64,000 bases of DNA from a bacterium (GTDB taxonomy: Bacteria; Zhuqueibacterota; Zhuqueibacteria; Residuimicrobiales; Krinioviventaceae). The position numbers and the translations under genes were made by a program. The first letter of the stretch is position 1. Each line of letters starts with the position of its first letter. The stretch is from assembly GCA_963674595.2 (NCBI GenBank), contig CAXXFV010000023.1, positions 288,001 through 352,000 of the forward strand, read 5' to 3'. The notes below the pieces were generated by a model. That model was not told the origin of the DNA and did not search any database. It saw only the letters and a program-made list of their open reading frames with translations. Shown here in pieces: positions 47,598 to 56,609 of this stretch.

Positions 47598-50276
47598 ATG
47601 CGAAAAATCAAGGTATTTTTATTATTTATTCTTTTTTTGGTATTGTTTTCAGAATTGCACGCAGGGGTTACCGGAAAAATTGCGGGTCGAATCGTAGACC
47701 GTGAAACAGGGGAGCCGATTCCCGGAACAAATATTGTTTTAGAGGGAACGTCGCTTGGTGCTTCTGCTGATTTGGAGGGATATTATTTTATAATCAATAT
47801 TCCGCCTGGCCGTTACAATGTAGTATTTCGGTGTATGGGTTATACCACACAAAAGTTTGAAGAGATTAGAGTGAATGTAGATGTTACCAATACGATAAAT
47901 GTCAAGCTTGAGCCTACGATTATAGATGGTCAGGAAGTGACCATAGTAGCAGAGAGGACACTTATTCAAAAGGATTTAACCTCTACGTCCGCCCGTGTTT
48001 CAAGTGATGACATCGAGTTGTTGCCATTGGAAAGTGTCGGAGAGGTTGTAAATCTTCAGGCTGGTGTTGTAGACGGCCATTTTAGGGGCGGACGACTCGG
48101 TGAAGTAACGTATTTGATAGATGGTGTTTCAGTAAACGATGCTTATGATGGCGCTCAAATGATTAACCTGGAGCCTAACGCAATTGCAGAAGTTGAGGTT
48201 ATAAGTGGAACGTTTAATGCGGAATATGGGCAGGCAATGTCCGGTGTCGTTAATATTGTTTCCAAAGAGCCGGAACAAAGAATAAACGGTCAGTTTTCTG
48301 CATATACAGGAGCCTATCTAAGTAATCGTAAGACACCATTTGCCACAAAAAGTGGAGATGCTACGAAAAGGGATGATTTTGGCCAGGAAGAGCTTTCCTA
48401 TTTTGATATTGCTGGTTTGGGTGATGTTTATGATGTTCAGGGGAATTTGACCGGGCCGCTTTATAAGGACAAGTTGTTCTTTTTTAGTTCAGTACGATAT
48501 AACAAAGATGACGGTTACTATTATGGGCGGAGGTTGTTTAGTCCCGGAGATTCATCATCTTTTATGGGAGATCGTGAAGATTGGGAGATTGAGGCGACCG
48601 GAGATGGTGAATTGGTTCCAATGAACTGGAAAAAGGCGCTGAGTTTTACCGGTAAGCTTATAGCCAAGCCTTTTTCAGGCCACAAGATTACGTATAATTT
48701 TATATATGATGATGATGAAAATCAGAATTTCACACACAAGTACAAATACAATCCGGATGGCCGTCCAACCAACTATGGTAAGAGTTTTTCACACATGTTT
48801 CACTATGATTATGTAATAAATCAAAATGGTTTTATAAATTTCAAATTTGCGAATTTTAAAAAGGATTATAAAACATACCTGTATGAAAATCCTTATGACC
48901 TGAGATATGTTCCGGATACCCGGTTTAGTATTGGTTCGGGACCAACTTTTTATATGGCGGGCACAAATATGAGTCATTCCTACCGTTCTTCCCTTAGCAC
49001 GGTGGCGAAAGCAGATTTGACCTATCAGGTAGACCGGTATAATCAGATTAAGGTGGGTGTACAGGCCCAGGCGCATGAAATAAACGTACACAGTTATTCG
49101 ATTAGGTTGGACCGTCAAACAAACTGGCTGCCACGACCGATAGAGAAAGAGAGTCCTAATTACGTACAATATACAAAAAAGCCTGTAGAATTTAGCGCCT
49201 ATATTCAGGATCGTATTGAATGGTCTTATTTCATTATGAATGTTGGCTTACGTTATGACAGATTTGAGCCGAGAAGTGTCATACCTACGGATTTAAATGA
49301 TCCTTCCAACAGTGAAAAGGTCGATGCCAAGGTAAAAAGCCAGTTTAGTCCCCGTTTTGGTATAGCTGTACCCATTACTGAGCATAGTGTGCTGCACCTT
49401 TCCTATGGTTTGTTTTTTCAGATGCCTTCTTTAAACGCTCTTTATTTAAATCCGGACTTTAGAATTCCTGTTGCTTCCTACTCACAGATCGGTAATAGTG
49501 ATCTGCAACCACAAAAAACGGCAACATACGAAATAGGCCTGCAGCACGAGGTTACCAAAGATGTCGCGCTGGAATTGACGACTTATTATAAGGACATTAG
49601 AAATCTTTTGGGAATGGAATCATATACTATGTATGAGACATTTACCCAATATGCCAGATATGTAAACAGGGATTATGGTCAGGTGTTTGGTTTTACTGTT
49701 TCATTGGAACAACGAAGTAGTGATTTTTTAACCACCTCTGTTGATTATACCTATATGCTGGCAGAAGGAAATGCTTCCGATCCCAAGGATGTGTATTTAA
49801 AAAGTGTAACAAGTCCTCCAACAGAAGTTACAAAGCAGCTTATTCCATTGGACTGGGACCGAACACACAGTTTAAACATAACAGCAACGGCCCATGACCG
49901 AGATCGCTGGAATTTGGGACTGATTGGAACATTTGCTTCGGGTGTTCCCTATACGGCTGAAAAGAATGACAATTATTTTGGTCCGGCAAATAGCGAGCGG
50001 AAACCATTTTTTGTTAGTTTTGATTTAAATTTTTCGGTATCGTTTAAACTTGCCAAGATGAAGGCAACGTTTTTCTCCAATATGTATAATATATTTGATA
50101 TAGAAAATGATATACAAATATATACGGATAGCGGTAATGCAAGTTATACAAGAAGCATGAGCACAAAAACAGATGATATGATAACCGGAATTAATACAAT
50201 CAGGGATTATTATTATCGTCAGGATTACCGAAGCGCTCCGAGAAAAGTTGTTTTAGGTATACAGGTTGAATTTTAA
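47598..50276 (+). CDS. TonB-dependent receptor (GTTGKIAG-type, likely glycan-related)
   Basis: AGVTGKIAGRIVD, HFRGGR, SGTFNAEYGQAMSGVVNI, SPRFG, terminal Phe. Confidence 0.88.
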   Translation: MRKIKVFLLFILFLVLFSELHAGVTGKIAGRIVDRETGEPIPGTNIVLEGTSLGASADLEGYYFIINIPPGRYNVVFRCMGYTTQKFEEIRVNVDVTNTINVKLEPTIIDGQEVTIVAERTLIQKDLTSTSARVSSDDIELLPLESVGEVVNLQAGVVDGHFRGGRLGEVTYLIDGVSVNDAYDGAQMINLEPNAIAEVEVISGTFNAEYGQAMSGVVNIVSKEPEQRINGQFSAYTGAYLSNRKTPFATKSGDATKRDDFGQEELSYFDIAGLGDVYDVQGNLTGPLYKDKLFFFSSVRYNKDDGYYYGRRLFSPGDSSSFMGDREDWEIEATGDGELVPMNWKKALSFTGKLIAKPFSGHKITYNFIYDDDENQNFTHKYKYNPDGRPTNYGKSFSHMFHYDYVINQNGFINFKFANFKKDYKTYLYENPYDLRYVPDTRFSIGSGPTFYMAGTNMSHSYRSSLSTVAKADLTYQVDRYNQIKVGVQAQAHEINVHSYSIRLDRQTNWLPRPIEKESPNYVQYTKKPVEFSAYIQDRIEWSYFIMNVGLRYDRFEPRSVIPTDLNDPSNSEKVDAKVKSQFSPRFGIAVPITEHSVLHLSYGLFFQMPSLNALYLNPDFRIPVASYSQIGNSDLQPQKTATYEIGLQHEVTKDVALELTTYYKDIRNLLGMESYTMYETFTQYARYVNRDYGQVFGFTVSLEQRSSDFLTTSVDYTYMLAEGNASDPKDVYLKSVTSPPTEVTKQLIPLDWDRTHSLNITATAHDRDRWNLGLIGTFASGVPYTAEKNDNYFGPANSERKPFFVSFDLNFSVSFKLAKMKATFFSNMYNIFDIENDIQIYTDSGNASYTRSMSTKTDDMITGINTIRDYYYRQDYRSAPRKVVLGIQVEF

Positions 50277-50326
50277 GTGTATTATTTAATTTAGGAATTG
50301 AGTTAAAACGCAAGGGAATTTTAATT

Positions 50327-53300
50327 ATGTTGAAACAATTTTTTCGAAATAATATAGTCATAATGATCCTGCTGGTTTTTACCGTTGCCGGATTCGGTCA
50401 GCGAGATGAAGATGGTCATATTCTGCACCGTAAATATGGTGTTATGGACGGTAATCTGACACGTGTTCCTTTTTTTAACGATAGTCGAATTGCGGTAAAC
50501 GTGGGCATTATGGGGTATGTTTTGGAATACCCGATAGGGAGTGGTCACCAGCAGATGGACGGTATAGGTCCCGTCGTTGTAACCAAGATAACAGATGTAA
50601 ATGGCATCGTTAATGCCTGTTGTGAAACAGGTTATAGTAGTGGTGACCCTAATCCGAATGGAACAACGCGCTGGCGATATGAGGCCCTGGGTGGATATTG
50701 CAATCCGGAGCAATTGGAAGCGGCTATGAGTGATGATGATTATACTTGGCCGGACGTATGGCCGGACAAGATGGATGACAGTATCGATCCGGGCTGGTCC
50801 GGTGCGTGGAACGGATATTTCGGCAAGGGCGTGATGAATGCAGACCTGGAGACCTATTTTGTTGTTGACGATGATTGTGATGAAGAGTTTGACTATTACC
50901 CGGATGCAACGGACCCGAGCCGTCGCGGATTGGGCACACAGATTTATATTCGTTCTTTACAATGGCGCAATGTAATGACCGAATCGCATAATTTTTGGCT
51001 GTATGAGGTGGAGAATGAAGGTACGACGGACTATGATTCGGTTTATTTTGCCTTGTTTGCAGATTTTAAAATAGGCGGAGACGATGATGATGTGGCAGGT
51101 TATAATACCCGGTTAGACATTGCCTATTGTTATGATTTTGCGAATGAAGGTTTACCGGGAAATTACAAGCCTGTTCCGGCGACTTGTTACGGATTTTTGG
51201 AGAGTCCGACCCTTGGCTATGACGGCATTGATACGGATGAAGACGGCCTTGTGGATGAGAAACGCGACAGCGGTCCGGGCACATGGATATACGGATCGAC
51301 GGGCTATTATACTCAGGGAAGGCTTGATAATGAGCGGCAGTCGGGTCATGGTGCCTATTTTGAGAGCTGGCACTGGAGCGGAGACGAAGACGGTGACTGG
51401 CTTGCCTATGAGGACAACAACGGCAACGGGCAATGGGACGTGGGCGAGCCGTTGAATGATGATTTGGGAGTGGACGGTGTAGGTCCTTTTGACGAGTCTT
51501 ATACGGGCCGTGATGAAGGAGAGGGAGACGGCATGCCGACGTTGGGTGAGCCGGACTTTGACAAGACGGATTTGGATGAAGGCGATCAATTGGGATTAAC
51601 CGGCTTTTGGAGAGGTGCACACAGTGAACGTGCAGACCATACTGATGATGAATTGGTTTTAAGCTGGTGTTACCAGTCGGTTGGATTTGGTGGGTATGAA
51701 TCCCGTTTTGCAGATAATCTTGGTGTATGGTTTCACTCGGGGCCGGTATATTTTCCGGCCAAAACACGGAACCGTTTTTCATTTACATTATTTTTTGCAG
51801 ACGGATTGACGTATGTAGAGCAATTGGAAGATGCAACGCGTAAGAAGGAAACTGTACAAAAGATATATAATGCAAACTATAGTTTTGCGCAGCCTCCCAA
51901 GGTCCCGAATTTGAAGGCAGTTGCGGGAGACGGAAAGGTATATTTGTACTGGGATGACAGTGCTGAGAATTCCTATGACCGGTTTTTAGGTATTTATGAT
52001 TTTCAGGGATATTCACTGTACCGGTCAACAGACCCGTCGTTTACGGATTGTCATATCATAACGGATGGATATGGAGTCGAGTCTATGAACAAGCCGATCT
52101 TTCGGTGTGACAAGCGTGATAGTATATCGGGATTTTTCCCAGGTACGTACAATGGTTTACATTTTAATATCGGCAATAACAAGGGCTTGGTACACAGTTA
52201 TATAGACAGTGCGAATATTATCAACGGACAGACTTATTATTATGCGCTGTGTTCATTTGACAACGGCTGGATACCGGCTTATAATGAGGAACTGGGAACG
52301 ACAGAGTTGGGGTATGTTGGAAATGTATTGAACGAATCGATATTACCTTCAGAGTGTAGTTTTAATGTCAAGATAGACATGTTGAATGATGTACAGGCGA
52401 TGTCTCCGAACTGTGCGATGGTCAGGCCAAAGGCAGTAGCGGCCGGATATAGTGCGCCGGATATAGGTGGCAGTGTGATACATTACGGACCGGCATCAAC
52501 GACGGAGATAAGTTATAAGATATTTAATCCGGGCGAGTTAAAGAGCGGCAAATACCGGTTGGAGTTTAGTTATCCGGATAATGGATGGCGGTCAATGCCG
52601 TCCTATCAGGTGGTGGATGTGAGTGATGCGGTTGCAGACACGATAGAGAGTTTACGGGAGTTGGAGCGTCTGGATGGAGAGACGCGCTATTTTGATGGAT
52701 TGATCGTCAAGATGGATTTTGACACGAGTCGGGAGATTATCTATCAGGGTTGGCAGAGCGGTAGTAAATGTGAGTTGCCGGCGATTATATCGGCAGAGCC
52801 GACGCAGGACCTTGAGCTGGCGGTTAATTTTGATTTTGACATCGTGTTTACAGAAGAGATCAGTGACACGACGTTTCAAACGAGCCGGTTCAGCAAGTCT
52901 GTAGGCGTCCCGTTTTACGTATACAGCCCGACCTATGGAAAACGAATGGATATGACGTTTATCGATGCGAACAATGATAAACAATGGCAGAGGACAGAGA
53001 TTATTCGAATTATATTGGGTAATGACCGTGCAACAGAACCGGCGACGGGCACAGGTAAATTTCAGAATACGTGGCGAATCACGTTTGAAGCGCCTGCAGG
53101 AGTTGAAGAAGAAGATGTTGTATGGCCGCAGCCCGGAGATGTATTTATGTCGCGAATGAATGTTCCTCCCCAGCATGGAGAGGTTTATGAGTTTTTGACG
53201 AATGAGGCGCGTATAGAGTTAAGCAAGGCGTCGAGTGAGCTGGACAAGATAGCGGTCGTGCCGAATCCCTATGTCGTGACGGAGGTTTGGGAGCCGTCAA

Positions 53301-53554
53301 GTCCATATTTGGCAGGGCGAGGACCGATGGAGATTCATTTTATACATTTACCAAACGAGTGTACGATACGGATATTTACGATCCAGGGCTATTTGCTGGA
53401 CACGATAGAGCATCGCAGTGAGATCAATGATGGACTGGCGATATGGGATGTAATGTCAAAGGATAATATGCAGATAGCGCCGGGAAATTATATATATCAT
53501 GTCGATGCCCCGAATATAGGACAAAAGATTGGCCGGTTTGTGGTGATCAAGTAA
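50327..53554 (+). CDS. Large secreted acidic protein with Ca-binding-like repeats, Fn3-like segment and PNPY-type CTD
   Basis: Signal peptide; DGIDTDEDGLVDE, DNNGNGQWDVGEP; PP.VP.L.AVAGDGKVYLYWD; IAVVPNPY..F.HLP..CTIRIFT..G.YIYHV. Confidence 0.7.
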   Translation: MLKQFFRNNIVIMILLVFTVAGFGQRDEDGHILHRKYGVMDGNLTRVPFFNDSRIAVNVGIMGYVLEYPIGSGHQQMDGIGPVVVTKITDVNGIVNACCETGYSSGDPNPNGTTRWRYEALGGYCNPEQLEAAMSDDDYTWPDVWPDKMDDSIDPGWSGAWNGYFGKGVMNADLETYFVVDDDCDEEFDYYPDATDPSRRGLGTQIYIRSLQWRNVMTESHNFWLYEVENEGTTDYDSVYFALFADFKIGGDDDDVAGYNTRLDIAYCYDFANEGLPGNYKPVPATCYGFLESPTLGYDGIDTDEDGLVDEKRDSGPGTWIYGSTGYYTQGRLDNERQSGHGAYFESWHWSGDEDGDWLAYEDNNGNGQWDVGEPLNDDLGVDGVGPFDESYTGRDEGEGDGMPTLGEPDFDKTDLDEGDQLGLTGFWRGAHSERADHTDDELVLSWCYQSVGFGGYESRFADNLGVWFHSGPVYFPAKTRNRFSFTLFFADGLTYVEQLEDATRKKETVQKIYNANYSFAQPPKVPNLKAVAGDGKVYLYWDDSAENSYDRFLGIYDFQGYSLYRSTDPSFTDCHIITDGYGVESMNKPIFRCDKRDSISGFFPGTYNGLHFNIGNNKGLVHSYIDSANIINGQTYYYALCSFDNGWIPAYNEELGTTELGYVGNVLNESILPSECSFNVKIDMLNDVQAMSPNCAMVRPKAVAAGYSAPDIGGSVIHYGPASTTEISYKIFNPGELKSGKYRLEFSYPDNGWRSMPSYQVVDVSDAVADTIESLRELERLDGETRYFDGLIVKMDFDTSREIIYQGWQSGSKCELPAIISAEPTQDLELAVNFDFDIVFTEEISDTTFQTSRFSKSVGVPFYVYSPTYGKRMDMTFIDANNDKQWQRTEIIRIILGNDRATEPATGTGKFQNTWRITFEAPAGVEEEDVVWPQPGDVFMSRMNVPPQHGEVYEFLTNEARIELSKASSELDKIAVVPNPYVVTEVWEPSSPYLAGRGPMEIHFIHLPNECTIRIFTIQGYLLDTIEHRSEINDGLAIWDVMSKDNMQIAPGNYIYHVDAPNIGQKIGRFVVIK

Positions 53555-53632
53555 GAAGAAAAGATGAAATGGTTCAAAATTGATTAATAATAGAAATAAT
53601 CAACCAATGAATTTTCGGAAATAGGTGATAAC

Positions 53633-54679
53633 ATGAAGAAATTATTTTATATACTTTTGTTTGTCATTTTGGGAGGGATGAATCAAGCGTATGCTCAAAT
53701 TTCATTCAGCTCTTTCAAGTCGGATGTAACCAAAGTCGGAACCACATCCGGAGCTTTTTTAACAATTCCTGTCGGAGCACGCGCCAATGCAATGGGTGGA
53801 GCCTTTGTATCTGTTGCAAATGATGTAACAGCACTATACTGGAACCCTGCCGGAATAGCTTCGATTACTGGAATGCAACTGGCACTTATACATTCCAACT
53901 GGATTGCAGATATAAAACATGATTGGATCGGTGTTGTTGTACCACTTGGTATTGCCGGTAATGTTGGATTTAGTGTCAATTCATTGACCATGGATGATAT
54001 GATGGTTCGTACTCCTGCTTTACCAGAGGGTAATGGTGATATTATGGAGTGCTATGATTTGGCACTTGGAATGACTTATGGACGAACCTTAACAGACAGG
54101 TTTAGTATAGGTGGTAGTTTCAAATATGTCAGAAGTCAGCTTTGGCACATGACGGCGCAGGCTGCAGCATTTGATTTAGGTATTATGTTTTCAAATATAT
54201 TTGACATGTTCCAGTTAGGAGCTGTGATGACAAATATGGGTACAAAGATGCGTTTTGATGGTCGTGATACCTATGTATATTATGATGTCAGCGAGTCTGA
54301 AAATGGTAATAATGAGAAAATCGATGCAAAACTTTCAACAGAAAGGTATAATTTGCCAATAGCCTTTCAGGTTGGCGTTTCTACTGTTATTAACAGAAAG
54401 AGTTCGTTTCCTTTATTGCTTGCTGTTGAATTTTACGAACCATCTGATAATGTACGCAGTGTCAATGTAGGTGGAGAATGGTCATTTTACAACATGGTCT
54501 TCCTTCGTGGTGGATATGCCCGGATTTTTGAAAAAGATTCGGAACGCGGATTAACACTTGGAGCCGGTTATAAATTTCGAATTCCAAACTCTTCTTTACG
54601 ATTATTACTGGATTACAGTTATGAAGATTTAGGTATTCTCGATAATTCTCAAAAGTTTTCTCTAAATATTGTTTTATAA
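53633..54679 (+). CDS. PorV/PorQ-family outer-membrane barrel
   Basis: KVGTT...FLTIPVGARANAMGGAF..AND.TALYWNPAG; LRGGY, GLTLGAG, LDYSY. Confidence 0.8.
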   Translation: MKKLFYILLFVILGGMNQAYAQISFSSFKSDVTKVGTTSGAFLTIPVGARANAMGGAFVSVANDVTALYWNPAGIASITGMQLALIHSNWIADIKHDWIGVVVPLGIAGNVGFSVNSLTMDDMMVRTPALPEGNGDIMECYDLALGMTYGRTLTDRFSIGGSFKYVRSQLWHMTAQAAAFDLGIMFSNIFDMFQLGAVMTNMGTKMRFDGRDTYVYYDVSESENGNNEKIDAKLSTERYNLPIAFQVGVSTVINRKSSFPLLLAVEFYEPSDNVRSVNVGGEWSFYNMVFLRGGYARIFEKDSERGLTLGAGYKFRIPNSSLRLLLDYSYEDLGILDNSQKFSLNIVL

Positions 54680-54731
54680 TATCAAGTTTAAAAAAATTAC
54701 GATTGAAATTTAATATTTAGGATAGTGACTT

Positions 54732-56411
54732 ATGCAAAAAACTCTCTCATGGAAATATTCTTTATTATTGGCGGGGCTATTATCTGTATTTATTGCCTGT
54801 CAAAAAAAAGACACCGGTTATGATCATAATATCATAGCAAAAATAAACGATTCCAAAATCACTTTTCAGGATTTTAGTGATTACTTTAAACAAAAATATC
54901 CTAAAAAAAACCTTATAAATGCATCTGATAGCCTTAAAAACAACTTGCGTAATGATATGATTTTGCAACAAATATTGTTAATGGAGGCTTATCGGTTAAA
55001 ATATAATAAAGATATAGATATTGTCAAGTTTGTAGATGAAAAGGAACGAGAGTTAGCTGCAACTGCCATGCTCAAACAAATTACGACGCCAAAAAGGGTG
55101 ACAGAAGCAGAGTTGAAAAGATATTATCAATGGTTGGGAAAATCATTTACTTTTTATTCTATAATGGTGAAAACCGGTTTTTTTGATGAGAACCGGAAAA
55201 GTGCTGAACAAAAAGCAAATGATCTTTATAAGAAAATTTTAAATGGTAAAGATTTTAAAGAAATAGCCTTTAAATATTCGGAAAAGCCCGGAGCCAAATC
55301 GGATAGTGGCAGAATGGCAAATATGGAATGTTTTGACCTTTATGAGGGGCTTACAAAACAGCTCTATCAAATGAAGGAAGGAGAAACAAGTAAGCCTTTT
55401 TATACAGACAATGCTTATTACATTATCAAATTAGAAAAAATTAATGAGAGAAAATTTGGGGACTATAAAAAAGAAGAACTGCAATTAAAAGAATCATTAG
55501 ATAAATTTTATAACGATTGTGTTACGTTTAAAACCAATGAATTTAATAATTATATTAGAAAAGAAAATCATTATCAAACGTTCGCGGATAATATAGATTT
55601 CTTTTGTGAACGCGCAAAAAACATGACGTTCCGTGAGGATACACTCGGGTTATTCACAGATAAAGAAAAAGCCTTACCACTGTCAAAAAATGATGTAGAG
55701 GAAATAACGATTGGTGTGTTTCTCCCCAAAGTAATTGAATTTTACTGGGATTCACTTATTCATGAACGCGTTGTTGTCATGCTGTTGGATTATATGAACA
55801 CAAAACGATTGATTAAACACAAAGCTATTGAATTGAAATTTAATGAATTGCCCGAGCAGAAAAGAGATTTGGAAATTTGGAAGACACATTATTTAAAAGA
55901 GCAGGTAATACAAAAAGAAATACTTGACCATGCCAAAGTTTCGGACGATGTTTTAAGGTCCATTTATATGAAAAATAAGGCAAAATACAAAGTAAAGAAA
56001 AGAATAACGGTCAGAGAAATATTTTGTAAAAGTCAAACTCAAGCTGAAAAAGTATACCAGTTAGCTATAAACGGTGAAAATTTTGAACAACTTGAAAAGA
56101 AATACAATCAAAATCAGGAATCAAGAACACATGGTCTTCTTGGACCATTTGAAAAAGGAAGAAATGGGATATTAGGAGAAACAGCCTTTAATGATATGCC
56201 GGTTGGAAGTATTAGCAAACCGTTTCGTTACCGTGGTGGGTATTCCTTCTTTAAAGTAGTATCAATTGAACCTGAAGGTTATAAATCTTTTCAGGATGTA
56301 AAAGATGATTTGAAAAATCAATATTTAGAGGATAATAAAAATGAATTTATTTCCAACTGGTTTCAAAAGGTAAAGAAAAAATATAAAATTAAATTGTTCG
56401 AATTTGCTTAA
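54732..56411 (+). CDS. PpiC/SurA-like PPIase-chaperone lipoprotein (two parvulin domains)
   Basis: Lipobox FIAC; F.EIA.KYSE, GETSKPF, GSISKPF..GYSFFKV. Confidence 0.7.
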   Translation: MQKTLSWKYSLLLAGLLSVFIACQKKDTGYDHNIIAKINDSKITFQDFSDYFKQKYPKKNLINASDSLKNNLRNDMILQQILLMEAYRLKYNKDIDIVKFVDEKERELAATAMLKQITTPKRVTEAELKRYYQWLGKSFTFYSIMVKTGFFDENRKSAEQKANDLYKKILNGKDFKEIAFKYSEKPGAKSDSGRMANMECFDLYEGLTKQLYQMKEGETSKPFYTDNAYYIIKLEKINERKFGDYKKEELQLKESLDKFYNDCVTFKTNEFNNYIRKENHYQTFADNIDFFCERAKNMTFREDTLGLFTDKEKALPLSKNDVEEITIGVFLPKVIEFYWDSLIHERVVVMLLDYMNTKRLIKHKAIELKFNELPEQKRDLEIWKTHYLKEQVIQKEILDHAKVSDDVLRSIYMKNKAKYKVKKRITVREIFCKSQTQAEKVYQLAINGENFEQLEKKYNQNQESRTHGLLGPFEKGRNGILGETAFNDMPVGSISKPFRYRGGYSFFKVVSIEPEGYKSFQDVKDDLKNQYLEDNKNEFISNWFQKVKKKYKIKLFEFA

Positions 56412-56609
56412 AAAACTATCATTGTCCAAGTTCAACTAATAAGTTCAGTTAATTATCAATCTATATTTTCAGTTTAGAAGGAGGTGATAAAAGGCATTTA
56501 GATATATTTATACCATTTTTCGAGTGTTGGTGTGAGTTTGTACGACGAGGCATCTGATTTTTAGAGGCCTTACCTATTGAAAATTTTAAAACAGAACAGG
56601 AGAAGCACA

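Noticed and set aside
51066-51782. 238-aa and 145-aa minus-strand ORFs (also 52652-53176)
   Set aside because: Antisense shadows of the G-rich 50327-53554 gene with no recognisable motifs.
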